From assembly GCA_045047115.1 (NCBI GenBank), contig JASFYR010000028.1, positions 1 to 27,474 on the forward strand: a stretch of 27,474 bases of DNA, given 5' to 3'. The position numbers were made by a program, and so were the translations under genes. Positions within the stretch are counted from its first letter, which is position 1, and every line of letters begins with the position of its first letter. Below the pieces are notes generated by a model. The model was not told the origin of the DNA, did no database searches, and worked only from the letters and a program-made list of their open reading frames with translations. This document shows positions 1 to 9,354 of the stretch, one piece after another. Origin of the DNA: Sulfurospirillum sp. (GTDB taxonomy: Bacteria; Campylobacterota; Campylobacteria; Campylobacterales; Sulfurospirillaceae).

Positions 1-113
1 ATTCCGCAAAAATTCCTCGCGACTAAAGCTACGCCTTTGGCGAGAAAATTACTATTTATTGTCCCCTTTTTACGGAAGTGAATTCCGCAAAAATTCCTCA
101 CCCTTATGCTACG
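1..113 (-). repeat. Two tandem copies (81-bp period) of a palindromic modular repeat; the upstream copy has a degenerate 5' half and the downstream copy is cut by the window edge
   Basis: ATTCCGCAAAAATTCCTC is identical at 1-18 and 82-99; positions 10-50 are the reverse complement of 384-424. Confidence 0.85.
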
Positions 114-137
114 AGCTGTTGCTCTGTATAGTTTCAT
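1..137 (-). CDS. 5' end of a putative ORF running off the window, largely built from the modular repeat (MKLYRATARSIRVRNFCGIHFRKKGTINSNFLAKGVALVARNFCG...)
   Basis: ATG at 137-135, AAGGA at 149-145 (7-nt spacing), TATGAT at 173-168, no in-frame stop to position 1. Not in the ORF track. Could be a leader peptide or non-coding. Confidence 0.4.
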   Translation of the reverse strand, partial: MKLYRATARSIRVRNFCGIHFRKKGTINSNFLAKGVALVARNFCG

Positions 138-327
138 ACTGTAATCCTTCTTAAGTTCATTACTGTTATCATATATGTAAAACTACTATGATTTTTTTAT
201 TCTAAATTTTCACAATAGATAAGAGGCAATTCTATCCAAATTTCCCTAAATTTAGTATAAATGGTTATTAAATATTTTTTAAATAACTATATTTGCTAAG
301 GTTATATAAATGGTTTTACTAAATATA

Positions 328-348
328 CTTGACATCAATAGACTAAAG
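328..348 (+). promoter_or_regulatory. HAIR-like operator (HspR-associated inverted repeat) overlapping the clpB -35
   Basis: CTTGACA-N7-ACTAAAG versus consensus CTTGAGT-N7-ACTCAAG (11/14); clpB is an HspR target in Campylobacter. Confidence 0.7.
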
Positions 349-357
349 TTATATAAT
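329..357 (+). promoter_or_regulatory. sigma70-type promoter of clpB
   Basis: Perfect TTGACA (329-334), 17-nt spacer, TATAAT (352-357). Confidence 0.85.
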
Positions 358-383
358 TACACTAAAAAAGCAAAGTAAATCGC

Positions 384-455
384 AAATTTCTCGCCAAGGG
401 TGTAGCTTTAGTCGCGAGGAATTTAACTTAGGCTTTGTCTAAAACAAAGGGGACA
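384..455 (+). repeat. Full copy of the modular palindromic repeat in the clpB 5' leader, ending in the clpB ribosome-binding site
   Basis: 384-424 matches the reverse complement of 10-50 at 38/41; hairpin TTAGGC-ttt-GTCTAA at 428-442; AAAGGGGACA at 446-455, also on the minus strand at 69-60. Confidence 0.85.
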
Positions 456-459
456 CAAG

Positions 460-3030
<2,571 letters not shown>

Positions 3031-3035
3031 TTTAT

Positions 3036-3099
3036 AAGAGGGGTCAGGGTTAAACTTTAAACTTTTAAAAAAGTTTAAAGTTTAACCCTGACCCCTCTT
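3036..3099. repeat. 64-bp palindrome (31-bp perfect arms), REP/MITE-like, probably acting as a bidirectional terminator between convergent genes
   Basis: AAGAGGGGTCAGGGTTAAACTTTAAACTTTT (3036-3066), AA, then its exact reverse complement (3069-3099). Confidence 0.85.
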
Positions 3100-3438
3100 G
3101 AAGAGTTTTCTTATTTTTAAAAGTCCCATTTGCATGCCACTGTATTTCATGATCTTTGCCAGTTTTTTCCAATCTGCTTTTTCATAACAAGGTGCAGGAC
3201 ATTTTCTGCAACTTGGTTTTTCATCATGCGGGCAGGAAAGTAGATTGTTATATGATACTTTGAGTGTTTTTTCACACTCCTTGCATAAATTATATTTAAG
3301 TTTTCCTAGATCTTTTTCGTGATAATTTAAGTCAATAAAATTTTGGATTTTTTCCCTATTTTTATGTTTGTTATCACAATATAGTTGTATAAATTTATGT
3401 ACGGTTCTTGCATCTTTTTCAAATTTTTCAACTCTCAT
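3082..3438 (-). CDS. YgbA-family (nitrous oxide-stimulated promoter family) Cys-rich protein
   Basis: Pattern IQLYC-xx-KH...LCKEC...CP..EKPSCRKCPAPCY...IMKYSG typical of YgbA; ATGA overlap with the upstream lipoprotein gene. Confidence 0.8.
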   Translation of the reverse strand: MRVEKFEKDARTVHKFIQLYCDNKHKNREKIQNFIDLNYHEKDLGKLKYNLCKECEKTLKVSYNNLLSCPHDEKPSCRKCPAPCYEKADWKKLAKIMKYSGMQMGLLKIRKLFKRGQG

Positions 3439-3950
3439 CTTAGATTACCCCTTTGTTTCCATTTGTATTCTTTATCATTTTTTATTTTGCTAAAATATAA
3501 ATCTCCCGAATTTCTCCATGGATCCAGTAAAACACCATTTTTGAACTTACAACCTTTGCATGTAACCACCAAAACATTATGCTCGCTCCAATAGTCACCT
3601 ACATTTGCGCCACCTATATAACAGTCAAAACTTTTGTAATTCTGACTTTTGACAAAAGAGAGCATATCGTAAGCAAATTGCCAGCATAATCCTTTTTTTC
3701 TTAATCCTATATTTACTAAAAAATTTTGAAATAAAGGAGGTTTTACCAAGTCGTATTTTTTTGCCAAAATATTAGAGTGAATTACGGCTTTTTTTGCTAA
3801 ATCTTTTGCCTCATTTTTATCTACTTTCAGGGTATCTAGTAGAATTTCTAATTTTTTCTCTTTGCTAGAGTAGGGTTTTGGTCTAATAGGATTATTGGCA
3901 CATCCTATAAAAAAAACTATAAATATAAATGGGTAAATATATTTTTTCAT
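3435..3950 (-). CDS. Conserved hypothetical lipoprotein
   Basis: Signal peptide with lipobox FFIG-C; motifs GLCWQFA, EHN and LLDPWR suggest a Cys-His-Asp transglutaminase/peptidase-like triad (inference). Confidence 0.7.
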   Translation of the reverse strand: MKKYIYPFIFIVFFIGCANNPIRPKPYSSKEKKLEILLDTLKVDKNEAKDLAKKAVIHSNILAKKYDLVKPPLFQNFLVNIGLRKKGLCWQFAYDMLSFVKSQNYKSFDCYIGGANVGDYWSEHNVLVVTCKGCKFKNGVLLDPWRNSGDLYFSKIKNDKEYKWKQRGNLR

Positions 3951-3956
3951 GATGCA

Positions 3957-3962
3957 ATTGTA
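3957..3962 (-). promoter_or_regulatory. -10 box (TACAAT) of a probably leaderless lipoprotein transcript
   Basis: TACAAT lies 6 nt upstream of the ATG at 3950 and no Shine-Dalgarno is present. Confidence 0.6.
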
Positions 3963-3993
3963 GTAAACAATAATAAACGCTTTTTAAATAAGC

Positions 3994-4015
3994 TTAAGTA
4001 AAATTAGAGTATAAT
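3994..4015 (+). promoter_or_regulatory. sigma70 promoter of the rpmH operon
   Basis: TTAAGT (3994-3999) followed by TATAAT (4010-4015), a Campylobacterota-like layout. Confidence 0.65.
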
Positions 4016-4041
4016 CCGTACCTTAATTTGAGAAAATTAAA

Positions 4042-4096
4042 AACTGACCTTACGCACTATCTCACTGGAGATGTGATATAGTGCGTAAGGTCAGTT
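4042..4096. repeat. 55-bp hairpin (19-bp perfect arms) in the rpmH leader
   Basis: AACTGACCTTACGCACTAT (4042-4060) / ATAGTGCGTAAGGTCAGTT (4078-4096); inner TCAC/GTGA extends the stem. Confidence 0.85.
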
Positions 4097-4120
4097 AAAT
4101 AAATTTTAAAAGGGAAAATG

Positions 4121-4255
4121 ATGAAAAGAACATTTCAACCACACAATACGCCAAAGAAGAGAACTCATGGCTTTAGAACAAGAATGAAGACTAAAAATGG
4201 CAGAAAAGTTATCAGCGCAAGAAGAGCAAAAGGTAGAAAAAGATTGGCTGTATAG
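4121..4255 (+). CDS. rpmH: 50S ribosomal protein L34
   Basis: Hand translation [44 protein letters not shown] (44 aa); AAGGGA upstream; absent from the ORF track because it is short. Confidence 0.98.
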   Translation: MKRTFQPHNTPKKRTHGFRTRMKTKNGRKVISARRAKGRKRLAV

Positions 4256-4581
4256 GAAGTTTTGAGATTTTAAAGAAAACAAAAGAGTTTTCTTTAGTAT
4301 ATAATAAAAGTAAAAAATGGCATTTTGATGGTGCTGTGGTCTTTTACAAATCAGGTTTGAAAAAAAATGTGGGTTTTACCGCAAGTAAAAAAGTAGGAAA
4401 TTCTGTCAAAAGAAATAGAGCCAGAAGAAGATTAAAAGCTCTATTTCTTGAATTAAGCCCTGGGCTGAAGAGTGGAAGTTATATATTTGTAGCCAGAGAG
4501 AAGATAAATAGTATGGATTATGAATCTTTAAAGAAAAGTCTTCTATGGTCATTTAAGAGATTGGATTGTTTAGAAAAATGA
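4243..4581 (+). CDS. rnpA: Ribonuclease P protein component (probable ATT start; ATA at 4252 is the alternative)
   Basis: RNR motif [18 protein letters not shown]. The N-terminal [11 protein letters not shown] segment is in frame upstream of the ORF-track GTG at 4336; the frame is closed by TAG at 4234-4236. Start position uncertain. Confidence 0.9.
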   Translation: MGCIGSFEILKKTKEFSLVYNKSKKWHFDGAVVFYKSGLKKNVGFTASKKVGNSVKRNRARRRLKALFLELSPGLKSGSYIFVAREKINSMDYESLKKSLLWSFKRLDCLEK

Positions 4582-4907
4582 GAAAAGTTACTCTTCTTTT
4601 TCTGGACTTTTATCAAAAATTTTTGACACTTTTCAGTTATGGTAGTTGTAGATATTATCCTACTTGTTCGCAGTATGCCAGAGAGCAGATAATGTTCAAT
4701 AACTTTTTTAAAGCCCTGTTTTTTTCAATTTTAAGGATTTTAAGATGCAACCAGTTGTTTCGTGGTGGTATTGATTATCCTGTCGTAAAGAGAAGATTTA
4801 CAAAAATTTCATATATAAAGAGATACAAAGTTTCTCTTTTGAAAGTATCTTTTTGGTTTGTTCCAAAAGATAAAAATATTTTTTTCGTTGTAAAATCTTT
4901 CAAATAA
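4578..4907 (+). CDS. yidD: Membrane protein insertion efficiency factor YidD
   Basis: CRYYPTCSQYA and RILRCNQLFRGGIDYP motifs; ATG at 4578 overlaps the rnpA stop (ATGA). Confidence 0.92.
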   Translation: MRKVTLLFLDFYQKFLTLFSYGSCRYYPTCSQYAREQIMFNNFFKALFFSILRILRCNQLFRGGIDYPVVKRRFTKISYIKRYKVSLLKVSFWFVPKDKNIFFVVKSFK

Positions 4908-4924
4908 CTTTAAAGGGTTCGCAA

Positions 4925-6532
4925 GTGATAGACAAACTCAGTAATCAAAACAGAATCATACTAGCAACAGTCCTCTCATTTCTGTTTTTTGCTACTTATG
5001 ATTATTTTTTTATTCCAAAAACTACAAAAAATTTTAATGAGCAAAACAGCACAAAGATTGAGAAAAGCGTAGCTTCCAATTCCCAAAAAGCTCCGGCAGT
5101 ATCAAATGTTACAAGCTCCAATGTTCCGGCAAAAGTTTCTAAGTCAGTAGCTTTAACCAAAAAATCAAAAGATGATGTTTTGGTTACTGTAAAGGCAAAG
5201 AGATTTGAGCTTAAGATTGACAGATTGGGAAGAATTACAAGATTTTATCTGAATGAGAAAAAATTTACATCCAAAGACGGGAAAAGACTTCAGTTAGTTG
5301 ACCATAAAATGGGATTTTTGCCACTGGAGATGAGATTTAGTGACGAAGCTATAAACACAGAGGCATTTGCAACTTCATATGATGTTGATACTTCAAATAT
5401 CGTACTTAAAGACAGACCTGTTGAGGTTACATTGACTCAAAGATTATCTGCCCTGATTGTAGTTAAAAAAATCAAAATATATAAAGATGGGCACTATAAT
5501 ATAGAAGTAAAATTAAGCAAAAAAGCGCAATACTTCATAACTCCCGGTTTTCATCCGAGCCTAGCAAAAGACAGTTATACATTTCACGGTGCTCTTTTGC
5601 AAAAAAGTGATGGCACTATGGAGATCATAGACGACGGAGATGCTGTGCAAGCCGTGTTCAAGAATGTTAGTTTTGCAGCCAACGCAGATAAGTACTATGC
5701 GACTGTATTGTATAACTTCAAGGACAAAATGGAAGTTGTTGAAACCCCATTAAAAGATCAGGATCCAGCACTTTTTATAAAGGGTAAGCAAGATTTGAAG
5801 CTAGGTGGTTATATAGGTCCAAAAGAGTTTGCAACTTTAGAAAAAATTGATTCAAGACTAACTGATGTGATTGAGTATGGTTTTTTTACATTTATATCAA
5901 AACCACTCTTTGTTTTACTCTCTTATATACATACTTTTTTGGGTAACTGGGGATGGTCTATAGTTGTCCTTACTCTGCTTGTCAGACTGGTACTGTTTCC
6001 GCTTACATACAAGGGCATGGTTTCTATGAATAAAATGAAAGCTCTCTCTCCAAAAATGAAAGAGCTTCAGGCAAAATATAAGGGCGACAAGCAAAAACTA
6101 AATGCACACATGATGGAGCTATATAAAAAACACGGAGCAAATCCAATGGGAGGGTGTCTCCCGATGATTTTGCAAATTCCTGTTTTTTATGGTGTTTACA
6201 GGGTATTGCAAAATACGGTTGAGCTAAAAGGTGCACCTTGGATACTTTGGATTCATGATTTGGCTGTTATGGATCCGTATTTTATACTTCCTATCTTGAT
6301 GGGAGGTTCAATGTTCTTACAGCAAAGACTGGCGCCAAATAGTTTTACTGACAAAACACAAGAGAAAATTATGAAGTTTTTGCCTTTGATTTTTACATTT
6401 TTCTTTGTAACTTTCCCTGCAGGTTTGACACTATACTGGTTTGTAAGTAATCTTGCTTCTATTGTGCAACAATATTTTGTAAATAAAACATTTGCAAAAC
6501 ACAAGATTGAAGAGAAGGAGAAATTGAAATGA
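4925..6532 (+). CDS. yidC: Membrane protein insertase YidC
   Basis: N-terminal TM, periplasmic domain, GNWGWSI, NPMGGCLPMILQIPVF, WIHDL..DPYFILP, PAGLTLYW. Confidence 0.97.
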   Translation: MIDKLSNQNRIILATVLSFLFFATYDYFFIPKTTKNFNEQNSTKIEKSVASNSQKAPAVSNVTSSNVPAKVSKSVALTKKSKDDVLVTVKAKRFELKIDRLGRITRFYLNEKKFTSKDGKRLQLVDHKMGFLPLEMRFSDEAINTEAFATSYDVDTSNIVLKDRPVEVTLTQRLSALIVVKKIKIYKDGHYNIEVKLSKKAQYFITPGFHPSLAKDSYTFHGALLQKSDGTMEIIDDGDAVQAVFKNVSFAANADKYYATVLYNFKDKMEVVETPLKDQDPALFIKGKQDLKLGGYIGPKEFATLEKIDSRLTDVIEYGFFTFISKPLFVLLSYIHTFLGNWGWSIVVLTLLVRLVLFPLTYKGMVSMNKMKALSPKMKELQAKYKGDKQKLNAHMMELYKKHGANPMGGCLPMILQIPVFYGVYRVLQNTVELKGAPWILWIHDLAVMDPYFILPILMGGSMFLQQRLAPNSFTDKTQEKIMKFLPLIFTFFFVTFPAGLTLYWFVSNLASIVQQYFVNKTFAKHKIEEKEKLK

Positions 6533-7395
6533 CTAGGATAGAAGCAAACACGCTTCAACAAGCCTATCTTGATGCAGCAAGAGAGTTAAAGTGTTCTATA
6601 ACTGAGTTGGATATAGAGATAATTCAAAATTCATCTACGGGCTTTTTGGGTATGTTCAAAAAGAGTGCTATCATAGAAGTAAGTAAAAAGAGTACAATAA
6701 ATGAAAGAAAAACCAAAAACCATAGAAATAAAAGAGAGAAAAAAGTAAAAAAAGAGAGTTTGATAACAGAGAAACAAAATGTTCAAATCAGAGAAAAGAA
6801 CACTTCAAAGCCAAGAAGACAAAAGATTGAAAAAACACAAAAGACAAAGAATGAATCCAAGAAAGAAGAAAACAAGCTAAAAAAACCTCCTAGAAGAGAG
6901 CCAAAAAAACAAGAGCTTAAGGTTGATATAGACAAGGCAATAGATGAGATAAGAGTTGATATAAACAGACTTTTTAAGGAGAGTTGTTTTGAGATGGATG
7001 ATGTAAAAGTCTCAAAATTTAATGATGATACTATCTATTTGGAGTTTGGAGGAGCTGACGCTGCACTTCTCATCGGTAAAGAGGGATATAGATATAAAGC
7101 ACTTTCTTATTTTTTATATAACTGGATAAGTACAAAGTATGGAGCAAATATTCGTCTTGAGATTGCAGAATTTTTGAAAAATCAAGAAGAGATGATAAGC
7201 AAATATTTGATTCCAGTTATAGAAAGAGTAAGAAATGGTGGAAGAGGTCAAACAAAAACACTAGATGGTGTTCTTATAAAAATTGCGCTTGAAAAATTAA
7301 GAAATGAATTTCCTGAAAAGTATGTCGGTATAAAATCGGCAAGATCAGGAGGTAGATTTATAGTCATAAATGACTTTAACAGGAAAAACAAATAG
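6529..7395 (+). CDS. jag: Jag/KhpB-like RNA-binding protein, Campylobacterota type (Jag_N, Lys-rich linker, KH-like domain)
   Basis: Jag_N with GFLGMFKK; ALLIGKEGYRYKAL; located between yidC and mnmE. Confidence 0.85.
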   Translation: MTRIEANTLQQAYLDAARELKCSITELDIEIIQNSSTGFLGMFKKSAIIEVSKKSTINERKTKNHRNKREKKVKKESLITEKQNVQIREKNTSKPRRQKIEKTQKTKNESKKEENKLKKPPRREPKKQELKVDIDKAIDEIRVDINRLFKESCFEMDDVKVSKFNDDTIYLEFGGADAALLIGKEGYRYKALSYFLYNWISTKYGANIRLEIAEFLKNQEEMISKYLIPVIERVRNGGRGQTKTLDGVLIKIALEKLRNEFPEKYVGIKSARSGGRFIVINDFNRKNK

Positions 7396-8726
7396 ATACA
7401 ATTGCAGCTATCGCAACGGCCCACGGTATAGGTTCTATATCAGTAGTTAGAGTAAGTGGGCCAAACTCTTTGAAGATTGCAAAGAAACTCACTAAAAAAG
7501 AAAATTTAACCCCAAGAACTGCTTATCTTTCGACACTTTTTGACAAAAGTGATGATATTATAGACGAAGCTATCGTGATATATTTTAAAAATCCTCACTC
7601 TTTTACAGCCGAAGATGTGATAGAGTTTCAGTGTCATGGTGGTTTGATTGTTGCAGATATGGTTCTAAATGCAGTTTTAGATTTTGGTGCGAGGCTTGCA
7701 AATCCAGGTGAATTTTCAAAAAGAGCATTTTTAAATGGAAGAATTGATTTAACCAAAGCCGAAGCTATAGCCAAGCTGATAGAGACAAAGAGTGTGGAAG
7801 CGGCAAAGATTTTAGCTAGGCAATTAAAAGGTGAACTTCAAGATTTTATAGAAAAGATTAGAGATGATTTGGTGGAGATTTTAGCTTTTGTAGAGGTAAA
7901 TATCGACTATGCCGAAGAAGACTTGCCGAAAAATTTGCTAGATATGATAGAAAAAAAGCTAAAAGATATGAGTGGATTACTTAAAAACACTTATGAGAGT
8001 TCAAAAAGAAGAGAGGGTTTGATAGAAGGCTTTAAGGTAGCAATTATAGGAAAACCAAATGTTGGTAAAAGCTCTCTTCTAAACTCTTTGTTAAATTATG
8101 ACAGAGCAATCATAAGCGAAATAGCCGGAACAACCAGAGATACCATAGAAGAAGAGGTTCGTATTGGAACTCATCTCATAAAGATAGTTGATACAGCAGG
8201 CATAAGAAGTTCGCTTGACGAGGTAGAAAAGATAGGAATTCAAAGATCAAAAGAGGCGATAGAATCAAGTGATGTAGTCATAGCCATCTTTGATAATTCA
8301 AGGCTTTGTGATGTGGAGGATAGAGATATTTTAGCTATACTAGATGAGTATAAAGACAAAAAGAGTATCATTGTCGCTCTAAACAAGATAGACTTAAACA
8401 ATCAATTTGATGCTAAAATCCTGAGTGATTACATAGAGTTATCTTGCAAACAAAGTAGCGAATCAGTTATCTTGAAACTCAAAGAGATACTTGATACCAC
8501 AAACAAAGATGATTCCTTACTTCTAACTTCCAAAAGACAGATGATAGCTGTAAAATCAAGCTATGAGGAAATAGAATCAAGCAAAGAGGTTTTGAGCGAA
8601 GGAGAACTAGAGCTTTTTGCTTTTCATCTAAATGAAGCGTTGCGATATATCTCTGCCATAACTAAAAACTTTGATAGAGATGAGATTTTAGATAAAATGT
8701 TTGGGAGTTTTTGCTTAGGTAAATAG
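7392..8726 (+). CDS. mnmE: tRNA modification GTPase MnmE/TrmE (probable ATA start overlapping the jag stop)
   Basis: GKPNVGKSS, GTTRD, DTAG, NKID and C-terminal FCLGK. The conserved DTIAAIATAHGIGSISVVRVSG is in frame at 7395-7460, upstream of the ORF-track TTG at 7470. Confidence 0.95.
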   Translation: MDTIAAIATAHGIGSISVVRVSGPNSLKIAKKLTKKENLTPRTAYLSTLFDKSDDIIDEAIVIYFKNPHSFTAEDVIEFQCHGGLIVADMVLNAVLDFGARLANPGEFSKRAFLNGRIDLTKAEAIAKLIETKSVEAAKILARQLKGELQDFIEKIRDDLVEILAFVEVNIDYAEEDLPKNLLDMIEKKLKDMSGLLKNTYESSKRREGLIEGFKVAIIGKPNVGKSSLLNSLLNYDRAIISEIAGTTRDTIEEEVRIGTHLIKIVDTAGIRSSLDEVEKIGIQRSKEAIESSDVVIAIFDNSRLCDVEDRDILAILDEYKDKKSIIVALNKIDLNNQFDAKILSDYIELSCKQSSESVILKLKEILDTTNKDDSLLLTSKRQMIAVKSSYEEIESSKEVLSEGELELFAFHLNEALRYISAITKNFDRDEILDKMFGSFCLGK

Positions 8727-8822
8727 GTCACTTCTTAAGTTTCTATATAAATCTTATAATTAATTTCAAATTCACACTTATGCAGTTATACTTATCCATT
8801 ATTTTTATTATAAGGATTATAG

Positions 8823-9287
8823 ATGCAGTTTTTAATTGGATTTTTAGTTGGAGCCGTTGTGGTGGGTGTTGCTATTTGGAAGATTATGCCGGGAATGATG
8901 AGTATGACTAAAAAAAGTAATATGAACTTTGAAGATACAGTAGAAGCTGTGCAAAATGAAGCCAAAGCGCTAGGTTGGAATGCGCCACATGTTTACAATA
9001 TGCAGCAATCTTTTACAAAAGCAGGATACGATAATGTCGAGAAGATGAAAGTTATCTCTCTTGGGCATGCAAAATTTGCCTATCAAATTGTAAGAAATGA
9101 TAAAGATAAAAATATATTAGGATTCATGCCTTATCGAGCCGGAGTCTATGAAGATAAAAATGGAGATGTCTATATAACAGGAGCCAATATGGGAATTATG
9201 AGTAAAATATTTGGCGGAAATGTGGAAAAAATCATGGGGGCTTCTGCAAAAGAGTTAGAAAGAGCCTTTTCTAAGTTTACCAAATAA
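8823..9287 (+). CDS. DUF302-like protein with an N-terminal membrane anchor
   Basis: S..NFEDTVEAV....KALGW and MP.R.GVYE.KNGDVYI pattern of DUF302; AAGGA RBS. Confidence 0.7.
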   Translation: MQFLIGFLVGAVVVGVAIWKIMPGMMSMTKKSNMNFEDTVEAVQNEAKALGWNAPHVYNMQQSFTKAGYDNVEKMKVISLGHAKFAYQIVRNDKDKNILGFMPYRAGVYEDKNGDVYITGANMGIMSKIFGGNVEKIMGASAKELERAFSKFTK

Positions 9288-9354
9288 TAAAACTTCAATA
9301 CATCTTTAGCACTTTTTGAGTAAAATAGAGTAATTTATTTTATTAGGCAAAAAA

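Noticed and set aside
1..113. 81-bp periodic repeat as a CRISPR array end
   Set aside because: Only two copies are visible, the 'spacer' is itself repeat-derived and recurs inverted at 384-455, and no cas genes are present.
3951..4120. oriC next to rpmH
   Set aside because: No dnaA is adjacent and there is no cluster of TTATCCACA-type boxes.
6680..6920. Low-complexity A-rich stretch in jag as a repeat element
   Set aside because: It encodes the usual Lys/Glu-rich linker and has no consistent period.
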